From a virus (Duplodnaviria; Caudoviricetes), in IMG/VR virus record IMGVR_UViG_3300012921_000046, positions 629-64,628 of that record: 64,000 nucleotides of DNA; one strand, given 5' to 3'. The notes beneath the pieces were generated by a model. The model was not told the DNA's origin. It saw only the letters and a list, made by a program, of their open reading frames with translations, and searched no databases. Positions 52,920-62,558 of the stretch are shown here, piece by piece. The stretch's first letter is position 1, and every line of letters begins with the position of its first letter. Position numbers and translations under genes: made by a program.

Positions 52920-53179
52920 AGCAGCTCCTCCAGCGCGGCTAGCGCGGCCGTCAGCCGCTGCTCGGCCTTCGCCACCATCTCGCGCGCGGTTTCGGCCGGC
53001 TCCTCGCGGGCCACCGCGCGGCCCAGCGCCGTGAAGGCCACCCGCCGCGCTTTGAGCGCGAGAATCAGTTCCTGCACCGCCGCCTGGAAGCGCTCGCGCC
53101 GCTCCTTACTCGCCGTACCGATCTCACTGTTGAACAGCTCAAGCATCAGCAGCGATCCGTCCATCAGCCCTGACCCCAT
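52916..53179 (-). CDS. Hypothetical helical protein
   Basis: ORF with coupled overlap. Confidence 0.55.
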   Translation of the reverse strand: MGSGLMDGSLLMLELFNSEIGTASKERRERFQAAVQELILALKARRVAFTALGRAVAREEPAETAREMVAKAEQRLTAALAALEELL

Positions 53180-53348
53180 CAGCGTGTTCCCTTCTTCGAC
53201 CGGCGGCGCTTTGACGCCGGCGCCGGGGGCGGGTCGTCGCGCCGCTCCGGCGCAGGCTCCGCCTCCTCCGGCGGGATCGCCGTCCGCTCGGGCTGCGGCA
53301 ACTGCGGCTCGTCCGTCGTCGGCTTCGGCGTGCGTTTCGTTGGCATCT

Positions 53349-54863
53349 CTAGGCCTCCCCCAGCCGCGACCGGAGCGCGGCGCTATGATTGCGGCTGTGG
53401 CCGCTGACCTGCTCTGCCCCGATCAAAGCCCGCGCCCGGGCCACGATCGCCAGCGCGTAGCTGTCCGCCCGGTCGTCGTGCGCCCCCTCGGGCGCCCGCA
53501 GCGTGCGCCCCTCGATACTCGCCAGTTGGAGGTAGCTGCCCATGCTGTGGAGCGTCGTCTGCTCCTGGCGGAAGGCGTCCGCCGCGTCGGCGTACAGCTG
53601 CGTCTTGCCCAGTGTGGACGACACCCAGCCCGGCCGGCCGTCCAGCCCCGGCAGCCGGCGCACCTGGGGCGCGTTGTCGCCCAGCCACAGCAGCACCGCG
53701 TGGCCGTGGTTGTTCCGCTCGACCAGCGCCGGCGCCCCGTGGTAGGCGGCGCTGATCATGCGCAGGTGAGCCGCGAACACCGCCGGCTCGTACAGCCCCG
53801 ACAGCACCGCGCACTCCTCGCCGGTCGCCGCGTCCAGCACGGTCAGGCTGCTCTCGTCGCTCGACGGGTTGCCCTCGGCCGGATCCGCGCCGATCACATA
53901 GCTCCGCGCCGGCTGCGGCTTCACGTACACCTCGAGCGCGTCGAGCCCCGCCAGCAGCCCGCCGGCGTCGGGGATGGGGTCGAGCGGCGTGTAGCACTGC
54001 TGGAGCCACTGGCCGGCGATGCGCTTGTCCTTGGAGCGGGGGGCCAGGGCCTCAGCGTCGGTGGCGGGGTACTGCTCGTGGAGGTTGTCGAGTGTCCCGT
54101 CGATCGCCAGCGAGTCCGCCCGGCGGGCGTCGTACCACGGCTGGGTCCGGTCGGGCCGGGCCGACCAGGGCAGAAAGATCGGGTGCCACTCCACCTTGCC
54201 CGCAACGGCCGCCGCGTAGATGTTCTGGAACTCGCTGCCCGGCGTTTCTTTGTTCACCCGGGACAGCAGGATCAGCTGGCCGCCGGCGTCCGTGGTCGGC
54301 TTCACCCGGCCGAGCATCGTCTTTAGGTCAGGCACCAGGTCGGCCTCGTCGATGAGCGCCACCGACGCGGTGTAGCTGTCGCCGCCCGTCGTCGGGAACG
54401 CCATCGCCTGCGAGCTGTCGACCAGCTCCCATGTGTGGTCGTTGTCCTTCACCGCGCGGCGCTGCATCCAGATCGGCAGCCGGCTGTGCATGCCCTTCAG
54501 CCGCCACATCAGGTGGGCGGCCTCGTCGTCGCGACGGGAGAACAGCAGGGCGGTGGCGATGGGGCGGAAGCGGATCAGCCAGAGGATGTAGGCGAGCAGC
54601 AGCCAGGACAGCCCGAGCTGGCGGGCTTTCAGGATCACCAGCTGGCGGTGCTCGAACAGCGCGCGCAGCACCTCGACCTGCGCGGGCCACAGGTCGAAGC
54701 GGAACCACTGCCGCGTGGTCGCATCATAGATCTGGACGTAGGTGCCGATGAAGTGCACGCAGCCGGCAAAGCCATCCGCGCAGCGCGCGAGCTCGCCGGC
54801 GCGCTCTTGCTCGCGCCGACGTCGTTCTCGCTCCACTCTGGCCCGGTCTTCGACGGAAAGCAT
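53349..54863 (-). CDS. terL: Terminase large subunit
   Basis: ILKARQLGLS (Walker A), LIDEADL (Walker B), IGADPAEG and HDDRADS nuclease motifs. Confidence 0.93.
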   Translation of the reverse strand: MLSVEDRARVERERRRREQERAGELARCADGFAGCVHFIGTYVQIYDATTRQWFRFDLWPAQVEVLRALFEHRQLVILKARQLGLSWLLLAYILWLIRFRPIATALLFSRRDDEAAHLMWRLKGMHSRLPIWMQRRAVKDNDHTWELVDSSQAMAFPTTGGDSYTASVALIDEADLVPDLKTMLGRVKPTTDAGGQLILLSRVNKETPGSEFQNIYAAAVAGKVEWHPIFLPWSARPDRTQPWYDARRADSLAIDGTLDNLHEQYPATDAEALAPRSKDKRIAGQWLQQCYTPLDPIPDAGGLLAGLDALEVYVKPQPARSYVIGADPAEGNPSSDESSLTVLDAATGEECAVLSGLYEPAVFAAHLRMISAAYHGAPALVERNNHGHAVLLWLGDNAPQVRRLPGLDGRPGWVSSTLGKTQLYADAADAFRQEQTTLHSMGSYLQLASIEGRTLRAPEGAHDDRADSYALAIVARARALIGAEQVSGHSRNHSAALRSRLGEA

Positions 54864-54934
54864 GGGCGCTGGTCTGCCGTGCTACAATGTCCGATGTATA
54901 GGACAAGCCAAAGTGTAGCACACCCCGCAAACCC

Positions 54935-55591
54935 ATGACAACTCCCCGCCCCGTGCTCACCGACCTACGCGACCGCATCCTGGGCCTGGAGCGCCACTGC
55001 CCCCGCGACCTGCGGGACAACCCCCTCCAGCACAAGGATCACCCCGAGCACCAGCAGGACGTGCTCACCGGCCTGCTCCAGGAAGTCGGCATCGCCGGCG
55101 CCCTGCTCATCTACCGCTCCGAGGCCAACGACGGTGCACTGACCCTGGTCGACGGCCACCAGCGCAAGGGCCTCGCCCCCGATGTGCCCTGGCCCTGCCT
55201 GCTCACCGACCTGAACGACGCCGAGGCCGCCAAGATCCTCGCCGTCGGCGACGAGGTCGCCCGCCTCGCCACCTACCGCGCCGACAAGGTGCCCGCCCTC
55301 CTGGCCGCCGTCGAGACCCGCAACGCCGCCCTGACCAGCATCCTCGAAGAGCTGAACCTGCACGCAAAAGCCGCCAAGCTCGTGCAGGACCGCGTGAGCA
55401 GCAGCGGCCAGCCCGCCGCCCTGCGGGCCTCCAAGCGCGTTGGTGTCGTCAAGGCCGTTTTCTCCGTCGACCAGGTGGACGTCGTCGAGCAGGCAATGCG
55501 GGCGGCGCATATCCCCAACCGGGGCGAGGCGCTGGCCACAATCTGCCGTTTCTTCCTGGAGCACCATGGCCAAGCCACCGCAGAAGGATAA
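54935..55591 (+). CDS. ParB/Srx-like N-terminal domain protein
   Basis: NPLQH...L...VG.AGALL...LVDGHQR. Confidence 0.78.
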   Translation: MTTPRPVLTDLRDRILGLERHCPRDLRDNPLQHKDHPEHQQDVLTGLLQEVGIAGALLIYRSEANDGALTLVDGHQRKGLAPDVPWPCLLTDLNDAEAAKILAVGDEVARLATYRADKVPALLAAVETRNAALTSILEELNLHAKAAKLVQDRVSSSGQPAALRASKRVGVVKAVFSVDQVDVVEQAMRAAHIPNRGEALATICRFFLEHHGQATAEG

Positions 55592-56183
55592 CTCCACCGG
55601 GCCGCAGAAGGTCGCCCTCCGGCGCGAAGCGCTCCGAGCCATGACCGTACCGCCGGTCGTGATGGAGACCCACGGCGGCGCCGGGCACCTGTGGCGCCAG
55701 TGCTATAGCCACGTCCGCGACGGCATCGTATTCGAGCAGCAGCCGGCCAAAACCGCCATCCTCGCCCACCAGCGGCCGACGTGGAGCGTCTACGAAGGCG
55801 ACTGTATCGGGGCGCTGGAGGCAGGCGCCGGGCGGCACCTCGCGGTGACCTTTCTCGACGTGGACCCCTACGGCGAGCCCTGGCCCGTGCTGGAGGCGTT
55901 CTTCACCAGCGAGCGGCCGCGCGTGCCAGAGCTTCAGGTCGTCGTCAACGATGGGCTACGCCTGCGTATGGCCCTGGCCGGGGGCGCCTGGTCGACAGAC
56001 AGCCTGGCCCCGCTGGTAGCGCGCTACGGCAACGACCTGCACGACACATACCTGGCATGCTGCGAGGAGTTCCTGGCAGAACTAAGCGCCCGGGCGGGGT
56101 ACACCCTGGCGCTCTTCACGGGCTATTACTGCGGCCACAACCAGGCAATGACCCACTACTGGGCCACCCTGGTGCTGCGCTAG
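55566..56183 (+). CDS. SAM-dependent methyltransferase-like protein (TcmP-like)
   Basis: METHGGAG and FLDVDPYG motifs; adjacent to a radical SAM gene. Confidence 0.62.
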   Translation: MAKPPQKDNSTGPQKVALRREALRAMTVPPVVMETHGGAGHLWRQCYSHVRDGIVFEQQPAKTAILAHQRPTWSVYEGDCIGALEAGAGRHLAVTFLDVDPYGEPWPVLEAFFTSERPRVPELQVVVNDGLRLRMALAGGAWSTDSLAPLVARYGNDLHDTYLACCEEFLAELSARAGYTLALFTGYYCGHNQAMTHYWATLVLR

Positions 56184-57073
56184 AACAGCAGCGCCTGCTC
56201 CAGCTGGAGCACGGGCACGTCGCGCGCTGGCGCTGGCGCCGCAGACCGGGCTTCCGGCGAGCGGGGGCTGTCCGGGCGGTGGAACTGGTCGATGTACTGC
56301 GGGTTGTAGTATCCCTTCGGCAGGTACTTCTGCAAGTCCTTCTTGATGTAGTGCTTTACCCCGAGCCGGTTCACCACCTCGAGGATGCGATGCGTGTACT
56401 CCTCCCAGTCGGTCTCCCCCGTCATCGGCAGGTAGTTGGCCCGGCCGATCTTGAAGAGATCCACGAACTCGTGGGTGTGCTCGATGATCGACAGGCTCGC
56501 CTCGGTGCTCAGGGTCGGCTCCAGGCTCACCCAGGTGAAGATCCCGGCGCGGTGAAACGCCTGCAGGGCCGCGATGCGGTCGCCTGGCAGGGCTGCGCCC
56601 CGCTCCCATTTCAGGCTGAAGGCGTCGTCCAGGCTGGTCAGGGTCGAGGCAAAGGCATCGTGATCGGGGCGGAACAGGTCCAGGTCGCGCAGGGCCCGCC
56701 GGCCGCCCTTGGTCAGCGTGCACACGCCGAGCCCGTGGGCCTGCACGGTCTCCAGCACCGGCCGGGTCAGCGTCGTGTCGCCGGGGTGGTACGGGTCGGT
56801 CGTGAAGGACAGCATCACCTGCTCGGTGATGCCATGCGCCTGGTACTTCGCCGCATCGTTTCGCAGCAACCGCAGAAAGTCCGGGCGCGGCGTGGCACCG
56901 GCGTCGAACTCCGGCCGCGACATCCGGAGCACCTTGGGCACGTAGCAATAGGCGCACTTGTGCCCGCACCCCCGATAGGGGTTCGTCGCCAGCTTGCTGT
57001 ACTCACCGGCCTGGCCCCGCGGCGCGTAGATGATCGAACAGCCCTTCACGCTCCACCCGTTCGGCTCCAGCAT
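56180..57073 (-). CDS. Radical SAM protein (SPL-like/Rv2578c-like)
   Basis: NPYRGCGHKCAYCY (CxxxCxxC), SFTTDPY, TLTK, WERGAA...RIAAL; start MLEPNG. Confidence 0.88.
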   Translation of the reverse strand: MLEPNGWSVKGCSIIYAPRGQAGEYSKLATNPYRGCGHKCAYCYVPKVLRMSRPEFDAGATPRPDFLRLLRNDAAKYQAHGITEQVMLSFTTDPYHPGDTTLTRPVLETVQAHGLGVCTLTKGGRRALRDLDLFRPDHDAFASTLTSLDDAFSLKWERGAALPGDRIAALQAFHRAGIFTWVSLEPTLSTEASLSIIEHTHEFVDLFKIGRANYLPMTGETDWEEYTHRILEVVNRLGVKHYIKKDLQKYLPKGYYNPQYIDQFHRPDSPRSPEARSAAPAPARDVPVLQLEQALLF

Positions 57074-57176
57074 GTCCGTGTCCTTTCCTGTTGGTTGCTC
57101 GCCTGTGCTATGCTGAGGGTAACAAGGATTGACGTAGAAGTCTACGTATTCCGCATCTCCGTGCGGTACCACCACC

Positions 57177-57716
57177 ATGACCCGTAAACGCACCCCGCCC
57201 ACCGACCTGTCCAGCAGCCGCGCCACCGGCCGCCCGACCGGCCGCCCATCCAAGTTCACGCCCGAGGTGCGTGCGAAGATCATCGCCGCCGTGCGCGCCG
57301 GGAACTTCCTGGATACCGCCGCGCGCTATGCCGGGGTTGAGTACCAAACCTTCCGCAACTGGATGGTGCGTGGCGAAAAGGAACTGGCCCGCCTGGCGCA
57401 ACCCAACGCCAAGCCGCGCGAGTCCGAGGCACCGTTTGTTGAATTTTTTGAGACCGTGAGCCAGGCCGAGGCCGAGGCCGAGGTCGCGGCGGTGACCTAC
57501 TGGCAGGACGCCCTGCCGAACAACTGGCAGGCCTCGTCCGCCTTTGTGCGCTCGCGCTACCGCCGTCGGTGGGACCCGCCACAGCAGCAGGTCAACGTGC
57601 AGCTCAACCTGTCCCCCGACGAGCTGGCCCGGCTGTCCGACGAGGAGCTCGCCGAGCTGAGCGAGGGGCGCGTGCCCGCCGGCCTCCTCGAGCGGCTGGG
57701 CCGGCCGCCGACCTAG
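57177..57716 (+). CDS. Terminase small subunit-like HTH protein
   Basis: GRPTGRPSKFTPE...IIAAVRAGN...AARYAGV...TFRNW...G. Confidence 0.7.
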   Translation: MTRKRTPPTDLSSSRATGRPTGRPSKFTPEVRAKIIAAVRAGNFLDTAARYAGVEYQTFRNWMVRGEKELARLAQPNAKPRESEAPFVEFFETVSQAEAEAEVAAVTYWQDALPNNWQASSAFVRSRYRRRWDPPQQQVNVQLNLSPDELARLSDEELAELSEGRVPAGLLERLGRPPT

Positions 57717-58120
57717 CACAAGGGCACCTGCGCGGCGGGCGGCTCCAGGTGCACAACCAGCGCGTCCAGCCGCTCGCCCAGGTACTGCGCCGCCACCAGC
57801 CGGTGGCAGCTCCGCCAGTCCTTGCAGCCACACAGCAGCACCAGTGGACGACGACCCAACACAAGCGCCGCGGCGCCTATCATGGCCGCCGGGTTGACCA
57901 ACTCGATCGGACCACCGTTCTTGTAGTTGCGGTTCCCCAGCGCCGGGACGTAGACGTAGGGAGCACCAAGCAGGGCACGCAAGCTCGGCCCCTGCCACTC
58001 CGGCCGCCGGCTGCGCGGGCTGTAGCGGATATCCCACAGCGACGCGCCCAGCTCAGCGACTTGGGCCCTCAACTGGGCCGGCGCCCAGCCGCTGTACCCC
58101 ATCGTGTAGATCGTGTGCAT
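57713..58120 (-). CDS. DUF488-family protein
   Basis: IYTMGYSG, DIRYSPRSR, Y...ALG, LLCGCKDWRSCHR. Confidence 0.85.
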   Translation of the reverse strand: MHTIYTMGYSGWAPAQLRAQVAELGASLWDIRYSPRSRRPEWQGPSLRALLGAPYVYVPALGNRNYKNGGPIELVNPAAMIGAAALVLGRRPLVLLCGCKDWRSCHRLVAAQYLGERLDALVVHLEPPAAQVPLC

Positions 58121-58133
58121 CCGCTTCTCTCTC

Positions 58134-58388
58134 CTACCCGTAGCGGCGGGCCCCGCGCCCCGCGATGATGGCCAGCGTGTTCAGGCCGTCGATGATGTCG
58201 GACAGCGCCATGTACGCCTGATCCGCATCGTCGCCCGGCTCCTGGGCCACTGGGAAGATTTCGGCAACCAGCCCGTCCAGGCGGGCGATCAGGTCGTACA
58301 GGCTGTGCTCGGCGCTCGCCAGCTGGCGCGTGGCGGCCGCGCGCTGGCGGTCCTCCTCGAACACGTAGTCAATGTGCAGGGCCGTCAT
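58134..58388 (-). CDS. Hypothetical protein
   Basis: Start MTALHI with GAAAGG RBS behind promoter cassette A. Confidence 0.65.
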   Translation of the reverse strand: MTALHIDYVFEEDRQRAAATRQLASAEHSLYDLIARLDGLVAEIFPVAQEPGDDADQAYMALSDIIDGLNTLAIIAGRGARRYG

Positions 58389-58412
58389 CGCGGTGCCTTT
58401 CGTCTCGTTGCT

Positions 58413-58476
58413 TGTCCTGTACATAGGACAATTATAGCACCATATTAGATATTGTCTAGGGGTTTGGGGCGTCTCT
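58413..58476 (-). promoter_or_regulatory. Promoter/operator cassette A
   Basis: TAGACA-16-TATAAT with extended -10 TG, then TGTCCTGTACATAGGACA. Confidence 0.85.
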
Positions 58477-58498
58477 TTGCCCCAAACCCCTAAACTCG

Positions 58499-59404
58499 TT
58501 ACAGGGTCGTCCAGTAGGTGTCGAGCAGGTCGTCGAGCAGGGTGCTGACGGTCAGGGCCTGGTCGTCGAGGCCGTGGGCGCGGAGCTGTTCCGCGTAGGC
58601 CAGGATCGCCTGGCCGACGGTGGCCGCCTCACCGCCCGTGCGCCGAATCGTGATCTTCGGCAGGTTCGGGTCGCGGGCCACGCGCGGCCGCCGCACGCCG
58701 GCCGCCGGGCCCTCCAGCTCGGCCAGGCGCTCGACATAGAACGCCTCCAGGTCGAAGAGCTCGGCCTGATCCTGCTGGGCGGCCAGCTCGCCGCAGATGC
58801 GCCGGAACTCCGCCAGCGTCGGCGAGCGGCCGGCCGTGAACACGCGCAGGGCGATCAGCTGGCGGTTCGCGTCGAGGTCCGCCAGCAGCTCGGCGTGGCC
58901 GATCGGGAGCTGGCCCGCGCGCACCAGCCGCTGCACGTCCGGCAGCAGCGCCAGCAGCGCCAGGCGCCGGCGCACCCGGTCGGTGCTGACGTTCGCGTGG
59001 CGGGCCACATCCGCCACACTCCACCCGTGCCGCGCCATGCGCTTCTGGTACGCGCCCGCCTCGTCGAGCGGGTCGAGGTCGGCGCGCGCCAGATTCTCAG
59101 CCAGCATGATCGCGTCGGCCGCCTCGTCCGAGAGCTCGCGCACGATCGCCGGGATCGTTTCCCAGCCCAGCTGGCAGGCCGCGCGGAAGCGCCGTTCGCC
59201 AGCGACCAATTCGTAGCAGTCGCCCTGCGGCCGCACCGTGATCGGCTGGGCCAGGCCGTGGGCCGCGATGCTGGCCGCCAGCTCCGCCAGCGCCCGGTCG
59301 TCGAAGCGAGTCCGGTCGTTCGCGCCGGGCACGATCTGCGCGACCGGCAGATGCACCGCCACCGCGGCCGCCAGGGCGTCGTCAAGATTCTGCTGCTGTG
59401 CCAT
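58499..59404 (-). CDS. parB: ParB/RepB/Spo0J-family protein
   Basis: LAASIAAHGLAQPITVRP...YELVAGERRFRA...ENLARADLDPLDEA plus HTH. Confidence 0.92.
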   Translation of the reverse strand: MAQQQNLDDALAAAVAVHLPVAQIVPGANDRTRFDDRALAELAASIAAHGLAQPITVRPQGDCYELVAGERRFRAACQLGWETIPAIVRELSDEAADAIMLAENLARADLDPLDEAGAYQKRMARHGWSVADVARHANVSTDRVRRRLALLALLPDVQRLVRAGQLPIGHAELLADLDANRQLIALRVFTAGRSPTLAEFRRICGELAAQQDQAELFDLEAFYVERLAELEGPAAGVRRPRVARDPNLPKITIRRTGGEAATVGQAILAYAEQLRAHGLDDQALTVSTLLDDLLDTYWTTL

Positions 59405-59417
59405 CCTCGTCACCTTT

Positions 59418-59714
59418 CTACGCTGCGCGGCCGAAGCGGGCCGCGCCCACCAGCTCGACAAACCGGCGCTCCACCTCGTCAGCGGCGAGCGTGACCGGGC
59501 CCTCCAGGGTGTACCGCAGCGCCTGGGCGCGCAGCGTGTAGCTGTCCATGGCACCCAACAGCTCGACCAGCCCGCCGGCCCGCTGCGCCGCCTTCAGCTC
59601 CGCGTAGGAGTAGGGCGCCCGCATGGCCACGGCCTCGACCGCCGCCGCCTTCGCCGCCGACACGTCCTGGACAACGATCTCGCGGACCCGATTCTCGCGC
59701 TCGCTGAGGTTCAT
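59418..59714 (-). CDS. Hypothetical protein
   Basis: GGAGG RBS behind promoter cassette B. Confidence 0.7.
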   Translation of the reverse strand: MNLSERENRVREIVVQDVSAAKAAAVEAVAMRAPYSYAELKAAQRAGGLVELLGAMDSYTLRAQALRYTLEGPVTLAADEVERRFVELVGAARFGRAA

Positions 59715-59734
59715 TGGATGCCTCCCTGACCGCT

Positions 59735-59813
59735 TGTCCTACTCACAGGACAATTATAGCACCATAATACAATGCTGTCTAGGGGTTTAGGGCGTCTCTA
59801 TGCGGAATTCGTC
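59735..59813 (-). promoter_or_regulatory. Promoter/operator cassette B
   Basis: TAGACA-17-TATAAT, then TGTCCTACTCACAGGACA. Confidence 0.85.
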
Positions 59814-59822
59814 GCTTTCCGT

Positions 59823-60168
59823 CTGCTCGGTTTGGGCCAGCATACCCCCCCCTTCAACCTGATATTGCGGTTTACGGCATCAGGACGCATTCCGCAGTAT
59901 TTCGCGCAAGATACAAACGGTTCCTCGGAATATTGAACATTCCCATGTAGATCTACCTTTCAGGAATATGATCATGGGAATGTTCAATATTCCCGGGAAG
60001 ATACCCCCGAGGGGTATGCAGCACGCTCAGCCAGAAACATGCTTGGTCGGTGAATAGTCCAAATGGCCGGAAACGGGGTTGAATGACACGGAGACGAGCG
60101 CAGGGGGTGGGTGTGGTGTCTTCGGTGGTAGGCACCCGCCCGCGCCCCGCAGAATGGCGCTCAGCGCG
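59823..60168. repeat. Copy 2 of the 346-bp non-coding element with a 21-bp inverted repeat
   Basis: GGAATATTGAACATTCCCATG (59927-59947) / CATGGGAATGTTCAATATTCC (59973-59993), 25-bp loop as in copy 1. Confidence 0.85.
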
Positions 60169-60312
60169 CCCGGCCCCCGCGCCCGGCATCAGAGCGCCAT
60201 CCCCCGCGCTACACGTGATCAGGTGTAATGGGTCGAGGCATACCCTCGGAGGGTATAACACATGACGAAGGGGCGGCCTGAGTAGGCCGCCCCGGTGGCG
60301 TTGTGATGCGGT

Positions 60313-61209
60313 TTAGGCGCGCTGGGCGGCGGCGCGGCGGGTGGCCCACGCCTTCCGGGCGGCAGTCGAGCGGGCGGCGGGGTCGTCGGTGTGCACGGTG
60401 TACTCGTCAGGGGCCAGCTCGATGACGGCGCCGGTCGGCACCAGGTCGGCGGCGCGAGTGGTCATGTCCCACAGGCCGGTGTTGATCTGCAAGTTGGCCT
60501 GGACCGAGGTGACGGGACGGGTCCGCATGCGGCCGCCGTTGGAGCGCCGGCCGTCGAGCCCGCCACGGATCATGTGCTCCTGCACCGTGTTGAACAGGGT
60601 CCACAGGTCGGCGCTCTTGTCCTCCAGGCGGCGCGGGGTCGTCACGTCCTCGGGTCCGAGTGGGCCACGGCGGCCGTAGCGCAGCGACAGGGCGGCCAGG
60701 GCGTAGGCGCGGGCCTGCTCCGGGGTGAGCGTGATGCCGCGCCACGCGGCGATCCGCTCCATCAGGGCGGGCAGCTCGGCGGCCAGCCGGAAGGTGGCGG
60801 CGAGCACGTTGTCGACCACGGCGCCGAAGTGACTGATCTGCATCGCGGCGACTGAGTCGCCGACGATCAGGCCGTTGGCGCACACGAAGCGGTACACGCC
60901 GCCGTGGAGCTTGTAGCGGCTGGTGCGGTCGTGGGCGTTGTACAGGACGAGCTCCGGCGCCTCGCTGCCCGCGCGGGCCAGGGCGTCGGCCTGGCGGAAC
61001 CGGATCATGTGGCGGGTGAAGGACTGGTTGCCCACCAGCCGCACCTTGGTCTGGCCGGCGGCCACGGGCAGAAATCCCTCGCCGCGCAGCGCGTCGACCA
61101 CCTGCACGGTGGGAAGAAAGGTGTAGCGCTCGCTGACGTCCGGGTGGGCGTGCGGAGCGAAGACCGACGGGGCCAGGGCGCGGATCTGGTCGTTCGTGAG
61201 GGCGTTCAT
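60313..61209 (-). CDS. DUF932-family protein
   Basis: APSVFA..H...SERYTFLPT...F.P...Q...HMIRFR...NAHDRTS...YRFVCANGL...DLWTLFN.VQE. Confidence 0.9.
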   Translation of the reverse strand: MNALTNDQIRALAPSVFAPHAHPDVSERYTFLPTVQVVDALRGEGFLPVAAGQTKVRLVGNQSFTRHMIRFRQADALARAGSEAPELVLYNAHDRTSRYKLHGGVYRFVCANGLIVGDSVAAMQISHFGAVVDNVLAATFRLAAELPALMERIAAWRGITLTPEQARAYALAALSLRYGRRGPLGPEDVTTPRRLEDKSADLWTLFNTVQEHMIRGGLDGRRSNGGRMRTRPVTSVQANLQINTGLWDMTTRAADLVPTGAVIELAPDEYTVHTDDPAARSTAARKAWATRRAAAQRA

Positions 61210-61248
61210 CGTGGGTTCCTTTCGTCGTTGCTTGTCCGATACGTAGGA

Positions 61249-61276
61249 CAAAGGGGCGGAGCACTCCGCCCCTTTG
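61249..61276 (-). terminator. Terminator-like hairpin abutting an operator
   Basis: CAAAGGGGCGGAG-CA-CTCCGCCCCTTTG next to TGTCCGATACGTAGGACA (61233-61250). Confidence 0.7.
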
Positions 61277-61286
61277 CGGTCAGCGG

Positions 61287-61751
61287 CTAGGCGGGCTGGG
61301 CGGCCTGGCGCGCGCGGCGGGTCTCGACGGCCTTGCGGGCGGCCTCCTTGCGGATGGCGGCGCGCTCGTCATCGCTGATCGGGGCCTTCGGGGCCGGCGC
61401 CGGCGCCTGACCGGCGGCGCGCAGCTTGCGAGTCTGCGCGGCCTTCTGCGCGGGGCTGAGGGCGACCGGGGCCGGCGCGGCGGCAGCCGGGGCGTCGACC
61501 GGGGTCTCCAGGTCGAAGGGCTGAAGGCGCTCCACCGCGCCCATGTAGGTGCGGTAGGCGAGCTTGCGGCGATCGCCGCTGAACTGCTCGGTCTTGCCCG
61601 CGCCCTCGCCCTGGGCGACCGTCACGAAGAGCACACCCATGGTGCTGCCCTGCTCGCGCCGCCACAGCCGCACCGTGGTGGGTTCGCCGTCCAGCATCCC
61701 GCTCTGCTCGCGCACCGTCTCGGCCCCGCTCAGCGCCTTGATGCGTCCCAT
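61287..61751 (-). CDS. Hypothetical protein with basic Ala/Lys-rich tail
   Basis: Start MGRIKA behind cassette C; KAAQTRK and KEAARKAVETRR motifs. Confidence 0.7.
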   Translation of the reverse strand: MGRIKALSGAETVREQSGMLDGEPTTVRLWRREQGSTMGVLFVTVAQGEGAGKTEQFSGDRRKLAYRTYMGAVERLQPFDLETPVDAPAAAAPAPVALSPAQKAAQTRKLRAAGQAPAPAPKAPISDDERAAIRKEAARKAVETRRARQAAQPA

Positions 61752-61780
61752 CGTTCTGTCCTCCGCTGGTTCAGCAGGTC

Positions 61781-61859
61781 CGTCCTGCTGATAGGACAAT
61801 TATAGCACCATATTACATACTTGTCTAGGGGTTTGGGGCGTCTCTATGCGGAATTCGTC
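61781..61859 (-). promoter_or_regulatory. Promoter/operator cassette C
   Basis: TAGACA-17-TATAAT plus CGTCCTGCTGATAGGACA. Confidence 0.85.
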
Positions 61860-61903
61860 AAACTCGTGGGCGGGGCGGGCGGCCCGCCCCGGGGTGGTTG
61901 GGC

Positions 61904-62533
61904 CTAGCGGGGAAAACCCAGGCCCAGCTCGCGCAGGCTGGAAAAGGTGCCGCGCGCGATGACGAGGTGGTCGAGCACCTCACAGTCCAGCAGCCGGCCG
62001 GCCTCGACGATCTGGCGGGTGACCAGGATGTCCTCGGGGCTGGGCGTCGGATCGGCGGACGGGTGATTGTGAGCGATGATCATCGCCGTGGCGTTGACGC
62101 GCAGGGCGTCCTTGAACACCTCGCCGACCCGGATCATGGCGCTGTTCACCGAGCCGCTGTAGACCGTGACCACGCGGATGACGCGGTTCTTGGTGTCGAG
62201 CAGCACGGCGCGCAGCTCCTCGTGGTCGAGGTGGCCCATCTCCACCATCAGCATGGCGGCCACATCGCGGGGGCTGCGGATCTGCACGCGCGCGTCGGGC
62301 GTGACCAGGGCTGAGACGAGCTTGACCAGCTGCTCGGCCTCCGGGATAGCGCCCGTGCGCAGCGCGGTGAACACGTCGCCGCCGAGCTCGACGGCCTTGG
62401 TCAGGGTGTCGAGGGCAACGTACTCGCCGATGGCCTCGCGCAGCTGGGCGGCCCGCGGGTCGACGGCCTGCGCGGCGGCGCGGGCGCGGCGGGTGGCGGC
62501 GGCCTTCTTGGCGGCGGTGCTGCGGTCGGTCAT
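61904..62533 (-). CDS. radC: RadC/JAB (MPN)-domain protein
   Basis: [14 protein letters not shown]...[21 protein letters not shown]...LDHLVI. Confidence 0.92.
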   Translation of the reverse strand: MTDRSTAAKKAAATRRARAAAQAVDPRAAQLREAIGEYVALDTLTKAVELGGDVFTALRTGAIPEAEQLVKLVSALVTPDARVQIRSPRDVAAMLMVEMGHLDHEELRAVLLDTKNRVIRVVTVYSGSVNSAMIRVGEVFKDALRVNATAMIIAHNHPSADPTPSPEDILVTRQIVEAGRLLDCEVLDHLVIARGTFSSLRELGLGFPR

Positions 62534-62558
62534 GTGGGCCTCCTCGGTGCTGGGCGCG

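Noticed and set aside
54880-54905. Contiguous similarity of guide 2 dinucleotides (reverse complement TGCTACAAT..CCGAT) to the terL/ParB promoter
   Set aside because: Only 9 contiguous bases match, which is expected by chance in 64 kb, and it does not follow the gapped register.
59927-59993. Protelomerase (telRL/tos-type) site
   Set aside because: Those sites are uninterrupted palindromes; this one has a 25-nt asymmetric loop and no protelomerase gene is seen.
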